A DNA stretch of 61,171 nucleotides from an uncultured Hyphomicrobiales bacterium (GCA_964493635.1 CAZBOW010000002.1:71728-132898), one strand, 5' to 3'. Counted from the first letter of the stretch, positions 6,868-17,670 are shown. Translations and numbers: made by a program. The notes: generated by a model not told the origin, from the letters alone.

Positions 6868-9800
6868 TTACTGACGAACCAGACGTACCGTCCAGCGGTG
6901 GTTCTCGGTGCTCACAACAACGTTGTACACACCACTAGCGAGTGTTCCCATGTCGACTTGCGACGAGAACGAACCACCATTTGCAATTTCATTCAGGCTG
7001 TAGACCGTCTCACCGAACATGTTCACCAGTTCGATCTTCACATCACCGGTGACGTTGACGTCGCCCTTGATTGTGAACTGACCGCTGGTTGGGTTCGGGA
7101 AGACAACGAGTGCAGCACCAGCTACAACGTCTTCGTCGACACTCGTGAGGATCACATCGAAGCCGTCCGATACCGAGGAGCAACCGTTCTCATCCGTAAC
7201 GCGGACGAAGTAGGTTCCTGGCTCGTTCACGGTGAGCGTTGGATCTGTGGAGATACCATTGCCGTTGACATTCGACTTGAACCACTCGAAGCTAGCAGCT
7301 ACTGCGGAGTTTGCCGTCAGGACGTCACCCGAACGGGTGATGACTGGACGCTCAGGCAGTGGGTTGACAACAACGTTGATTGGATCAGAGTTGTAGACGC
7401 AACCAGCTGCAGTTGTGGCCGTTACATAGTACGTACCGCTTTCGCTTACCGTCAGGCTTGGAGCCGTCGAACCAGCACCTGTCCAGTAGTAGGTAGCGAA
7501 GTCACCGATGTTCTCTACAGCGAACGTTACCGATTCGCCTTCGCAGAACGTGGTTGGGCCGCTTACAGCGATGCTAGCAGGTACGACTGGTGCAACCGTG
7601 ATGGTGATGGCGTCGGATTCACCTTCGCAGCCATTGGCGTCAACCACGCGTACGAAGACCGTTTCGGTTTCCGTTACGATGATGGAGCGCGTAGCTGGGT
7701 AGATGGCACCCGAGGTACCAACCCACTCGTACGAGATGTAACCGAGTGGTGCACGGACTTCTACGCTGTCGCCAGAGCAGATGTTCGAGTTACCAACAAC
7801 GGTGAGCGATGGCGTTGGCTTGGCATTGACGAAGACGTCAACGACCGTCGACATGCCCGTACAGCCATTGCCGTCGGCAATCGTTACGCGGTAGCCACCC
7901 GTTTGGGTAACAACCAGCGATTGCGATGTACCAACCGTTGTCCAGGTGTCACCGGCGTCAACACTACGCTCCCAGAGGTAGGCTGCAAAACCGGCAGGAC
8001 CAGTCAACGTTACGTTCTCGCCTTCGCAGAAGGTGGTTGGACCACTTACAGCGATGATTGGCAGCGTGGATGGGAAGACGTTCACCGTGATGGTGTTCGA
8101 CTTCGCCGAGCAACCATTAGCATCCGTTACCGTTACGTAGTAGTCACCACCGGTGTGAACTACGATGGCACGGCTGGTTTCACCGGTCGACCAAGCGTAG
8201 GAGTAGCCGTTGCCTTCTGGAGCGAAGAGCGTTACGCTACCACCTTGGCAGAACGTGGTGTTACCCGAGTGCGTGATGGTGATGCTTGGCAGCTGGTTTA
8301 CCGTGATCGTGCGGGTGTTGGTAACAGCGCAGCCAAAGGTGTTACGCTCAACAACCGAGATCGTGTAGGAACCAGGCGCGTTCCAACGTACCTGTGCATT
8401 TGGCGTACCCTGACCGTTTACGATGGTGTTGCCACCGCTTACCGACCATGTGTACGTGTTTCCTGCAACACCGTTGGTGCTGTACTGCGTTACGTCGTTA
8501 TGACATACGGCAGCTGGGCCGGTGATGCTTGGCGTTGGATTAGGATTGATCGTTACCGACTCGGTGTACGAGCTCGTGCAGCCAAAGCTGGACGTGAACG
8601 TCAGCGTGATGGTTCCGGTCGTTTGAGCGTTGGTTGCATTGAACCAGCGTACGTTCACGCTTGTACCATTGGCCGAACCAACGATCGAACCGTTAGCCGA
8701 TACCGTCCAAGCGTAGGCAATCGTACCCTGAACACCAGCATTCTGTGCCGGAGCCGTGGTGGTGTACGTTGCTTGGTTGTCGGTAGCTGGCGTGGTGTTC
8801 AGATCCGTAGCGCAGACTGCAAAGTTGCCAGAGATGGTTGGCATTGGCGTAACCGGACGAACCGTGATGAACAGCGTGTTGCTGTTGATGCACGACTGCG
8901 TTGGCAGTACGTCCGTTACCCATTCCGTAACCGAAACCGAACCGGAGACCGTGTTTGGCCAGTTGGTGTTCACCCACTGAACCGTGATCTCGTTGGTACC
9001 CTGACCGCTTACGATTGTACCACCCGTAACCGCCCAGTTGTAGGAATTACCTGCAACCAGTGGCGTGGAGTACGTTTCGATGCTTACGGCACATGGATTC
9101 GTGTTGCCGGCAACAACTGGCGTTGGTGTGCGGCGAACGTCGATCGAGTCGAGCAACTTCGTGATGCAGTCCGATCCTGGAACGGTTTCCGTTACAGCAA
9201 TCGTACCGATTCCAACACCGCCCCAGATCACTTCCACCGTGTTGGTGTTCTGACCTGTTACGATGGTACCGTTGGTGACTTCCCAGACAAACGTGTTGCC
9301 AGGAGTTGCCGTGGTGGTGTAGGTGTGCGTGCTGCCGTTGCAGACGATACCTGGACGACGACCTACAGGATTACCGTAACCGGTGTTCGACGAGATGAAT
9401 GGCGTTGGAACGTCGTTCACCTGTACGTCCATCGATACCGTGGTTTCACAGCCACCAGCAACGTTCGTTTCGGTGAGCGTTACGGTGTGGAGACCTGGTT
9501 GAATCCACTTCACTTCGATCACGTTGGAGTTTGGATATCCAGCGATAACCGAGAATGCGTTAGCAGGCGTGATTGTCCAGTCGTACGTGTTGCCGGCAAC
9601 AGCTGGCGTCATGTAGACGTGGTCCTTGTTCGTACAAGCAACCGATGCACCGCTGATGTTTGGCTGAGGCGTTGGCGTTACCGCTACGTTCTCTTGAATC
9701 ATCACCGAGCAGTTCGTGCCTGGCGTGGTTACCACAACGCTGATGGTCTGCGTACCTACTACAGTCCAGCGTACGGTAGCGGTTTCGCCGGTGTTGCCAC

Positions 9801-12800
9801 CAACAAACTGACCACCCGTTACTGTCCACTCGTATTGGTAAGCAGCTGCACCTGGCGTGTTCGTACCGTAGGTATAGGTGTAGCCTTCACAAGCTTGGTT
9901 CAGGTTTCCTGCACCATTCAGTGTGATTTCCGTTGTGCCAGCAAGGTCGCTCACCGATACGGTCAAGGTTGCCGTTGCCGAGCAGTTGCCCGAAGCATTG
10001 GTTTCCGTCACCGTCAGTGTTTGGCTTCCGGCGTTGGTCCATTCAACCATCACGCTGCTGCTGGCTGCACCGGAGGTAATCGTACCACCCGTTACTGTCC
10101 ATGCATACGTGCTACCGGCATTCGAAGCCGTGGAGTACGATTCAACGTCTGTTTCGCAGACCGTTGCGTCGCCGGCGATGGATGGCGTAGGCTGGTATTC
10201 AACGGTTACTGGTTGTGTGACCGTTGTGGCACAGGTCGTTCCGGTGGTGGTTTCCACTACCGTGATCGACTGGTTGCCCATTGCCGTCCACTGAACCGTT
10301 ACCGAGTTGAGATCCGAGTCGGTGATGAAGTTACCACCAACGATCGACCACTGGTAGCTGCTCGAGCCATTCAGCGGTGTGGAGTAGGTGATGACTTCGC
10401 CTGCACAGGCCTGATCGACCGTGCCGGTACCGGAGTTACGAACAATCGTGGTGCTGGTTGGCGTCTTGCCAACGGTTACCGTGATCGTGTGTGTTGCTGT
10501 ACAGTTGCCATTCGATTCTACAACCTGGACCGTGCGGTTTCCGGAGAGCGTCCACTCAACATCAATGGTGTTGCTTGTGGTGCTGGTCAGAATCGTACCA
10601 CCAGCGGCTGGCAGCGACCATGTGTAGGTGCTACCGGCTACCGATGCCGTCGAGTAGGTGTAGGTTTCGTCGGTACATACCGTAGTAGCACCGCTGATCG
10701 AAGGCGTTGGCTGGTACTCCACTGCTACGTTCAGCGTGGAAGTAGCCGAGCATGTACCACCGGCATTCGACTCCGTAACGGTCAGCGTTTGATTGCCAAC
10801 GGTTGTCCACAGAACCGATACCGTGCTGTTCGTTGAAGCTCCTACGAAGTTGCCACCCGTTACCGTCCAAGCGTAGGTCGAGCCTGTGTTGCTTGGTACA
10901 GCATAATCGATGGTAGAACCTTCGCATGCCTGACCGGCGATGCCACCACCCGTTACACGGGCGATCGTAGCCGTCTGAGGAGCGTAGTTAATGGTTACCG
11001 TCGTGGTTGCCGTTCCGACGCAGCCCGACAGGGTGTTCGTTTCGGTAACCGTGATGTTCGTTGTAAGTGTCGAACCTGCAGCTGGGCTTCCGAACATGAT
11101 GGTTGCAGCGCTTGTGCTACCGCCACCGGTGATCGTGCCATTTGCGCCAGCCGACCAGCTATACGTGTTGCCAACAACGTTGGTTGTGCTGTAGGTGTGT
11201 TCTGCACCACCGCAAACCGTGGTTGGTCCAGCGATAGCCGGAGCTGGGTTGTTCGTGATTGCTACCGACTGCGATACGGTTGTCGAGCACTGGGAGCCGT
11301 CGTGCCACTTCGTCAGCGACACCGAGCCGGTTCCTACTGTACCCCACGTTACCGTTACCGTTGTACCCGTGGTTCCACCGGTTACCGTACCGTTGGTTAC
11401 AGTCCACTGGTAGTTGTACGCTGGCGAAGCAGCAATTGGATCTACGTCGCTGTAGGTAACCGTTTGGTTCAAGCATGCGCCACCAATTGCACCCGTGCCG
11501 TCACGCGTGATTGTTGGGTTTGGAGCATCCAGTACCGAAACGTTCACCGTTGTGCTGGTCTTCGTGCAACCGGTTGCAACCACTGTTTCGGTTACCGATA
11601 CCGTGAAGCCAGCAGCTCCCGATTGAATGGTAGCCGTTGCAGCATTAGCACCGGTCAGGATCGTAGCACCAACAACATTCCAGGTGTAGGTGTTGTTTGG
11701 AGCATTGTTTGCCGTCGACCATGTATTGACGCTGTTCTTGCAAACAACCGTTGGGCCGTTTACAACTGGGGTTGGCGTTGGGTGAACGGTCACGTTGTAC
11801 GTGGTAACGTTCTTACAGCCAACAGCGCTGGTTTCCGTCAGACGAACAAACGCGTTCGTGCTAGCTACGTCGTTCCAGTCCACGTTGATGTTCCACAGGC
11901 CAACACCCGAGCGGGTAGCCGTGTCGCCAACAACGCCAGCACCGGTACCACCGTCGATCGTACCACCAATGACTTGCCAGGTGTACGTATCGGTTGGGTA
12001 GTTCGTAGCAGCATAGGTTACGTTCTGATCATTCTGGCACACGTTCGCTGGGCCGCTGATGGCCGGAGCAGGCAACGTGTACACCTGTACGTTATAGGTA
12101 GCCGTGTAGGAGCATCCGCCCCAAGCACCTGGCAGCGTGACCAAGCAGCTGACCGTTCCGGTACCGGAACCGCCGGTTGTGTTCCACTCACCAACGATGG
12201 CGGTGGTTCCCTGACCGCTGCGAATCGAGCCGCTTACCGTGCCAGTCGACATAGCCCAAGCATACGTGGTTCCAGTTGGGAAGACGCAGCCGGCACCAGC
12301 CGAGCGGGACAGGGTGTACGTTTCGAGGTGCTCTTCAAAGCCACCGTACACACATGCCGTTGCATCACCTTGGATGATAGCATCCGTTGGGGATGGGTAG
12401 AGTGTTACAGTGTGAACTGCCGTATCAGCGCAACCATGTACGTTGGTAGCAATCACGCGTACCGTTTCCGTGGTGGAAACTGGTACCGTTGGCGTACATG
12501 GAACGTTGAACGTACCCCATGTTACGCTGAAGGTGCTGCCAGTTCCGGTGGTTGGCGTTGTACCGGCAGGAGCTGCCGATGTAATGGCCCATGCATACGT
12601 TGCTGGAGATGGCGTTACAGCACCGGCGGTGTACGTGTTCGTACCCGAGCCGCATGCAACAGCCGATCCAGTGATCGATGCAGCTGGCTTCTCATTCACG
12701 GTTACGTTCGTCGAGCCGTACGTAGTAGCACATCCGCTGGTTGGAACCGGACGGGTGTACGTTGCATTGCTTACCAGCGTTGCAACAACTTCCACGTTGT

Positions 12801-15800
12801 TTACCACTTGCGAACCGGATGGGTTCGAAGCGAGGATGCGGTTCGAGTTGAACGTAGCCGACATAGGTGCACCGTTACCGGAGATCACCAGTGGCGTTGC
12901 CAGCGACACACCATTGACTTTGACTTCGTAGTCAACGCCTTGCTGCGTCGAGGTCATGTTTACGGTGATGTCATCGAACCAGCACACAGGGTTTGGCGTA
13001 AAGCTTACCGTTGGGTTTGCTGGCTCTTCGAAGATGCGTGCGTCTGGCATGTCCGTCATCGTGGTCTGGCAGAGAGGCACAAGGATGCCGCCACCAGGGG
13101 TCAGAGCAGGATCGATGTCAGCGATGACGCGATACTCGTAGTTGTCGACGTTCAACAGAGCGTTGGTTGAACCAACACCCGACGTGGTGTTGTCGGTCAG
13201 CGTGAGAACACCACCGTTACCGGAGATGTTGGTCAGCGGAGCAACAGCACCCCATGCGCCAACTGCTGGCGAGATTTGACGGCGCTCTACCGAGTAGCGA
13301 GCATACGTTTGGGTACCATTTGCACCCGAACCTACCGTCAGCGTTACACCATCGGCGTCGCACACGATTGGCGTCGTAACAGCAACTGGCTTTTGATCTG
13401 GTTGATCATATACCCAGATGGTTTCAACATCCGAAGCGGTCTTCAACCAGTCGCAGCTTCCGTAGGCAACGTCGCGAGCAACGATGCGGAAGATGTTCGC
13501 CGTATATGGGTTTACGTTAGCGACGTACGACAGGTCCGAAGCTGGAATGACAACGCTTACTGGGTTGCCGGTGGAACCGAGCGAGCTAACAGCCGACGTC
13601 ATCACCCATGCCGAACCATTCCACTTCTGGGCATTGTAGGCCATGCCGGTCGTGGAGTTGCTCAGGGTGAGTGTTGCAGAGTTACCATCGCACACAGTGT
13701 TCGTACCGGCAGCGTCCGACGTGGTGAACGTCAGAGGAATAGCTGGCGTCATTGGCAGCGGAACGTTTGGTTCCGTCGACGTAGCAAAGCACGTGGTTGG
13801 TGGTGCTGGAGCTGCTGGGTCGGTGGTGTACACGAGGTACTTCACCTTACCTGGCGATGGACCAGTCCACATTACCTGTACCGTGGTTGCGTTCAGAGCT
13901 GCTGGTGTGGTGGTGATACCTGGCACTACCGTGTAGGTACCAGCACCGCCCGTTACAATTACACCGTTGGTGACGTTCCACTGATAGTAGTGGTTGTTCA
14001 GAACCGATGCAGTTGGTACTTGATACGTAACAATACGCGTTGGCTGTGGGGAAAGAAGACCAGCAGCAGGCGTTGTACCGAAGTAGGTCGAGTCAACACA
14101 CTCTGCACCAACGGCAGCACCGCCCAGTTTCACTGGAGCTGGCTGTGGGTTGGCTGGAGGAGCTACTACGTTGATTGTATACGTGCTTGTGCGGGTACAG
14201 GATGCATTGGAGTGCGTTACGGAGATTGTCTTGGTTCCAGCAGCTCCCCAGTTTGTTACGGAGAACGTACCGGCACCTGCAACGGCACTAAAGGTTGCAC
14301 CACCCGTACCGGTTACGACTCCACCAGCACCCGTGTAGTTGCTGATGGTGTAGGTTGATACGTCGGTGTTACACACCAGTGTTGGGAAGTTAACCACCGG
14401 ACGCGTTGGCGGATTGAGTACGCCATAGCCAGGGTGGTTATTGTTAACCGTGCAGGAGGCTGTTCCTTTTGAGTCTGTAATTGTTACAGTCAACATGAAC
14501 GTACCGCTGGCAAGAACATCAGCCAGTGACGAGTCGCCGATTACAACAGAACTTGTTGTATAGCTTGCCGCGTTCGAAAGAACGTTGTTGGCAAGCGTAA
14601 TAGGAGCACCGGCACCAGTGTAGGAGACCGTTGGCGTCAGGACAACTGTCCAACGACGATTAACCAACGGAGCTGGAGCGGCCGATGCATTAGCCGTGAA
14701 GGAGGCTGATCCACCAACGCAAATTGGAGATGGTACCGTTGGTCCAATATCAGCCGGGTTGGCAATTACTTCAACGCCAGCTGTGAATGTTGCCGAGCAG
14801 CCACCAGCACCGGGGTTTGTTACCTGACAGCTAATGGTTGCCGTACCTGCAGCAATACCGGTTACTGTAGTAGAGGAAGCTGTACCGGTTGCTGTGGCTA
14901 CGCCTGGAGCAGAGCTACTCCAAGCATACGTTGCACCGGCCAAGACCGTTCCACCTGGGTTAAAGGTGTACGTGGCCGTTCCGCCTACGCAGATTTCTGG
15001 AGTAGACGTGGAGACCGAGCCCGTTGGCTGTGGGTTTACGTTTACGGTGTAGACGCGCGTGGTAGCACATCCAGCACCCGTGGTTTCAACCGTTTGGAAG
15101 GTGTAAGGACCAGCAGCATTCCATGTTACGGTAGCAGATGTAGCCGTTGTGCCTGTGATTGTACCACCTGTCACGCTGAAGGTGAAGGTGTTACCGGTTG
15201 CAGGAACGTTGTATACGTGTCCAGCTGTACCAGCACATGGGTTCGTAGCCAGGTTGTTGATGATACCAGGGCCCGTCACCGTTGAAGGTGTGGCCGAGGT
15301 GTTCACCGTGATCGGGCTAACCGACGACGACGCAACGCAACCAGCTGGGCTGGTTTCTGTGGCGCTGACGGCTGATGCACCACCGGTAAAACGGGCTGTT
15401 ACCGTTACCGTACCCGATCCAGGGATCGTGGTTGTATAGCTGTTGCTATTGTTTACGGTGAACAAACCGTTCGTCATCGTGAACTGAACGGTGTTGCCAG
15501 CTGTACCAGTAACAACATAGTTGTACTCGTTCAATGAGTAGCCAGTAGCTGGCGTACCAGAGATGTAGGTACATACGGTTGCTGGACCCGTGAGCAATGG
15601 CGTTGGTACAGCGTTCACCGTAATGCCCGTAAGAGCATTGTGCGTCCGCGTACAGCCACCCGAGGTGGTTTCCGTAAGGGCTACGCTATACGTTCCAGCT
15701 GTGAGCCACTGAACTTGAACTTGGTTGTTGGCTGGGTAGGACAGGTTCCAGTTAACACCGGACGTACCTGGTGTTACAGTCCAAGCATAGGTGCTTGTGG

Positions 15801-17670
15801 CTCGGTTCGTGATCTGATACGTGCGGGTGTCACCAGCACAGATTGCAGCTGCTGAAGTTGCGGCTACGTTTTCAGCGGCTGGTACACCGTTCACATTGAT
15901 GGTGTAGTTGGCCGATACCGGACCAGCGCAGGAGTTGTCGTTACCGGCCGTACCTGTAGTACCGCCCGTACCGTTCGAAGCCGTGACGTTGATCGTAACA
16001 GCGGTGTTCGATGTTGCTGCACCCCAAACGATGCTCACGGTATTCGTGTTCGTCCAGAGTGTAAGTGCGCCACCCGAAACAGCGTTACCACCAACGGTGG
16101 TACCCGCTGGAGCACCCGAAATGCTCCACTTGTAAATCGTCGAACCACCTGTAGCGCCAGCAGCATAGTTGGCCGTATAGGTTACGGCACCGGCTGCACC
16201 AGCGCAAGGATTACCAACGGCACCAGCTGGCGTACCGATACCGGTACCGCTGATCGACGTTGCCGTTGCTGGCACGCGATAGATCGTCTTGGTGATCGTG
16301 TTGCTTGGGCCCGAGCACGACGTTGGCGTCGTGGTGGACTCAACAACACCGATGGTGACGGCCGTACCGTTAGCGCTCAGAGCAGAGTTGTTCCATGTAA
16401 TGGAGGTGCTTTGAGCAGCATTGGTGCTGTTTGGCGTGAACGACGCAACCGTGCCAACAGGAGCAACTTCCGACCATGTGAAGATGTTCGGATTGTTGCT
16501 GTTTGGTACGGAGAACACCGAAGCGCTCGTGCCACACACATTAGATCCCGTTTCCGAAACCGTTTGTGCCGTTGGCAGGCCAACGATCGTAAACGGCACG
16601 GCAGCGGAGGTTACCGTTGCGGTGGTGTTGTTACAGCCGTTGAACGTATAGGTTACTTCGGCGGTAAAGCTGTGAACACCGGCGGCCTTGGCCGAAGCGG
16701 CCATCGAGGCATATGACAGCGACCATGTGGATGGACCTGCACCAGCTGGAGTGTGCGTCGTGGTTCCAATCGTGGTTCCGCCGTCTTTCCATGTAATGCT
16801 AATCGGAGCAGCACCGCCAGCGTTTGGCGTGCGGCCATACGCAGCACCAGCAATTCCCAGCGCTGCATTGTTAAGAATCGCGTTAGCCACGGTACCGCAG
16901 TCCGATTCCAGACCGATGGTACCAACAAAACCAGCAACAGCTGGCAGGTTTACGATCTGCCACTCAATGTCGCTCTCCGGGCCAACACCGTCTTCTGCGT
17001 AGAGGATCAATTGCACGGTAGCAAGATTGGCACCGAATGGATTCACGTACGGAACGTTTGCGAACGTGATGACCAATCGCTGACCGACGCCTGCACCACC
17101 GTCCTGTACCTGCCACCAAATTGCACCACCAGCACCTGGATCCAGGTCGGTGTTCGCAATATAGATGGCATTGTTCGGAGCGGCCGCATTTGGGATAGCC
17201 TGCGGGATGATACCCGTAGCGGCAGGGGCGTTATTAAAGGTGATGAAACCGTTCGAGCTGATGTAGAAACCATCATTCGATAGGTTAATCTGCTGACCCC
17301 AGTAGTTGAACAGGAAGTTTCCACCACCTGTGTACACTGGGTTCTGCTCACCCGACACCTCATCGTCGCCCAAAGCCACGTTGTTTACCGGACCGTTGGC
17401 AACACCTGCACCCTGTGCATATGCGCCCGCGGCTGGTGCCCAGTTTGCATACCCACCATTAAACTGGTGCGTAACGAGAGCATCGAGGTTAAAAACTGCA
17501 GTCGAGCATTGTGGCGATGCCACACTCGTCGACAACGTGACTTGCGCCCGTAAGCTTGGCGGCGCCATGACTCCTAGCAATGTGGCTAGAAGGAGCATGA
17601 TCACCGCTGAGCCTGAACGCGAACTCGCGTTCCGGATCGCGGAACCAATGGACGTCATACGACCCTCCAT
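6868..17670 (-). CDS. Giant (~3,600 aa) T9SS-sorted cell-surface repeat protein (putative adhesin)
   Basis: The maximal ORF is 6868..17850 (3,660 aa). The Sec signal peptide (SAVIMLLLATLLGVMAPPSLRAQ) is N-terminal only if translation starts at M61 (17670) or M65 (17658). The protein then has a ~240-aa unique domain, about 30 Cys-bracketed PKD/Ig-like modules, 5 modules of a second class, and a T9SS tail (VFPNPTSGQFTIKGD...GVYNVVVSTENHRWTVRLVRQ). Confidence 0.9.
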   Translation of the reverse strand: MEGRMTSIGSAIRNASSRSGSAVIMLLLATLLGVMAPPSLRAQVTLSTSVASPQCSTAVFNLDALVTHQFNGGYANWAPAAGAYAQGAGVANGPVNNVALGDDEVSGEQNPVYTGGGNFLFNYWGQQINLSNDGFYISSNGFITFNNAPAATGIIPQAIPNAAAPNNAIYIANTDLDPGAGGAIWWQVQDGGAGVGQRLVITFANVPYVNPFGANLATVQLILYAEDGVGPESDIEWQIVNLPAVAGFVGTIGLESDCGTVANAILNNAALGIAGAAYGRTPNAGGAAPISITWKDGGTTIGTTTHTPAGAGPSTWSLSYASMAASAKAAGVHSFTAEVTYTFNGCNNTTATVTSAAVPFTIVGLPTAQTVSETGSNVCGTSASVFSVPNSNNPNIFTWSEVAPVGTVASFTPNSTNAAQSTSITWNNSALSANGTAVTIGVVESTTTPTSCSGPSNTITKTIYRVPATATSISGTGIGTPAGAVGNPCAGAAGAVTYTANYAAGATGGSTIYKWSISGAPAGTTVGGNAVSGGALTLWTNTNTVSIVWGAATSNTAVTINVTASNGTGGTTGTAGNDNSCAGPVSANYTINVNGVPAAENVAATSAAAICAGDTRTYQITNRATSTYAWTVTPGTSGVNWNLSYPANNQVQVQWLTAGTYSVALTETTSGGCTRTHNALTGITVNAVPTPLLTGPATVCTYISGTPATGYSLNEYNYVVTGTAGNTVQFTMTNGLFTVNNSNSYTTTIPGSGTVTVTARFTGGASAVSATETSPAGCVASSSVSPITVNTSATPSTVTGPGIINNLATNPCAGTAGHVYNVPATGNTFTFSVTGGTITGTTATSATVTWNAAGPYTFQTVETTGAGCATTRVYTVNVNPQPTGSVSTSTPEICVGGTATYTFNPGGTVLAGATYAWSSSAPGVATATGTASSTTVTGIAAGTATISCQVTNPGAGGCSATFTAGVEVIANPADIGPTVPSPICVGGSASFTANASAAPAPLVNRRWTVVLTPTVSYTGAGAPITLANNVLSNAASYTTSSVVIGDSSLADVLASGTFMLTVTITDSKGTASCTVNNNHPGYGVLNPPTRPVVNFPTLVCNTDVSTYTISNYTGAGGVVTGTGGATFSAVAGAGTFSVTNWGAAGTKTISVTHSNASCTRTSTYTINVVAPPANPQPAPVKLGGAAVGAECVDSTYFGTTPAAGLLSPQPTRIVTYQVPTASVLNNHYYQWNVTNGVIVTGGAGTYTVVPGITTTPAALNATTVQVMWTGPSPGKVKYLVYTTDPAAPAPPTTCFATSTEPNVPLPMTPAIPLTFTTSDAAGTNTVCDGNSATLTLSNSTTGMAYNAQKWNGSAWVMTSAVSSLGSTGNPVSVVIPASDLSYVANVNPYTANIFRIVARDVAYGSCDWLKTASDVETIWVYDQPDQKPVAVTTPIVCDADGVTLTVGSGANGTQTYARYSVERRQISPAVGAWGAVAPLTNISGNGGVLTLTDNTTSGVGSTNALLNVDNYEYRVIADIDPALTPGGGILVPLCQTTMTDMPDARIFEEPANPTVSFTPNPVCWFDDITVNMTSTQQGVDYEVKVNGVSLATPLVISGNGAPMSATFNSNRILASNPSGSQVVNNVEVVATLVSNATYTRPVPTSGCATTYGSTNVTVNEKPAASITGSAVACGSGTNTYTAGAVTPSPATYAWAITSAAPAGTTPTTGTGSTFSVTWGTFNVPCTPTVPVSTTETVRVIATNVHGCADTAVHTVTLYPSPTDAIIQGDATACVYGGFEEHLETYTLSRSAGAGCVFPTGTTYAWAMSTGTVSGSIRSGQGTTAIVGEWNTTGGSGTGTVSCLVTLPGAWGGCSYTATYNVQVYTLPAPAISGPANVCQNDQNVTYAATNYPTDTYTWQVIGGTIDGGTGAGVVGDTATRSGVGLWNINVDWNDVASTNAFVRLTETSAVGCKNVTTYNVTVHPTPTPVVNGPTVVCKNSVNTWSTANNAPNNTYTWNVVGATILTGANAATATIQSGAAGFTVSVTETVVATGCTKTSTTVNVSVLDAPNPTITRDGTGAIGGACLNQTVTYSDVDPIAASPAYNYQWTVTNGTVTGGTTGTTVTVTWGTVGTGSVSLTKWHDGSQCSTTVSQSVAITNNPAPAIAGPTTVCGGAEHTYSTTNVVGNTYSWSAGANGTITGGGSTSAATIMFGSPAAGSTLTTNITVTETNTLSGCVGTATTTVTINYAPQTATIARVTGGGIAGQACEGSTIDYAVPSNTGSTYAWTVTGGNFVGASTNSTVSVLWTTVGNQTLTVTESNAGGTCSATSTLNVAVEYQPTPSISGATTVCTDETYTYSTASVAGSTYTWSLPAAGGTILTSTTSNTIDVEWTLSGNRTVQVVESNGNCTATHTITVTVGKTPTSTTIVRNSGTGTVDQACAGEVITYSTPLNGSSSYQWSIVGGNFITDSDLNSVTVQWTAMGNQSITVVETTTGTTCATTVTQPVTVEYQPTPSIAGDATVCETDVESYSTASNAGSTYAWTVTGGTITSGAASSSVMVEWTNAGSQTLTVTETNASGNCSATATLTVSVSDLAGTTEITLNGAGNLNQACEGYTYTYGTNTPGAAAYQYEWTVTGGQFVGGNTGETATVRWTVVGTQTISVVVTTPGTNCSVMIQENVAVTPTPQPNISGASVACTNKDHVYMTPAVAGNTYDWTITPANAFSVIAGYPNSNVIEVKWIQPGLHTVTLTETNVAGGCETTVSMDVQVNDVPTPFISSNTGYGNPVGRRPGIVCNGSTHTYTTTATPGNTFVWEVTNGTIVTGQNTNTVEVIWGGVGIGTIAVTETVPGSDCITKLLDSIDVRRTPTPVVAGNTNPCAVSIETYSTPLVAGNSYNWAVTGGTIVSGQGTNEITVQWVNTNWPNTVSGSVSVTEWVTDVLPTQSCINSNTLFITVRPVTPMPTISGNFAVCATDLNTTPATDNQATYTTTAPAQNAGVQGTIAYAWTVSANGSIVGSANGTSVNVRWFNATNAQTTGTITLTFTSSFGCTSSYTESVTINPNPTPSITGPAAVCHNDVTQYSTNGVAGNTYTWSVSGGNTIVNGQGTPNAQVRWNAPGSYTISVVERNTFGCAVTNTRTITVNQLPSITITHSGNTTFCQGGSVTLFAPEGNGYSYAWSTGETSRAIVVHTGGDYYVTVTDANGCSAKSNTITVNVFPSTLPIIAVSGPTTFCEGENVTLTGPAGFAAYLWERSVDAGDTWTTVGTSQSLVVTQTGGYRVTIADGNGCTGMSTVVDVFVNAKPTPSLTVVGNSNICSGDSVEVRAPLGYISYEWVGTSGAIYPATRSIIVTETETVFVRVVDANGCEGESDAITITVAPVVPASIAVSGPTTFCEGESVTFAVENIGDFATYYWTGAGSTAPSLTVSESGTYYVTATTAAGCVYNSDPINVVVNPLPERPVITRSGDVLTANSAVAASFEWFKSNVNGNGISTDPTLTVNEPGTYFVRVTDENGCSSVSDGFDVILTSVDEDVVAGAALVVFPNPTSGQFTIKGDVNVTGDVKIELVNMFGETVYSLNEIANGGSFSSQVDMGTLASGVYNVVVSTENHRWTVRLVRQ
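7141..8292 (-). repeat. Five modules of a second class (TFC.GGSV.L...GY.Y.W..G....I.V...G.Y.VTV.D.NGC)
   Basis: These cover aa 3187-3570 of the giant protein. The same class occurs 3 times in the neighbouring 3604..5925 protein. Confidence 0.7.
8293..16830 (-). repeat. Array of about 30 divergent 70-110-aa Cys-bracketed PKD/Ig-like modules (protein-level repeats)
   Basis: Hand count from the translation. The recurring signature is C..(Y)(S/T)...G(N/S)TY.W.V.GG.I......V.V.W...G...(V/L)TV.E.N..GC...T..V.V...P. Confidence 0.7.

Noticed and set aside
6898-14358. Very long plus-strand ORFs antisense to the giant gene (6898..10836 at 1,312 aa; 11197..13170 at 657 aa; 13276..14358 at 360 aa, plus many shorter ones).
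   Set aside because: Their products are R/W/C/G/V-rich low-complexity strings. They arise because the sense strand is dominated by ACC/GGT/GCN/GTN codons, whose complements rarely form stop codons. The sense frame has the signal peptide, coherent modules, T9SS tail and terminator.
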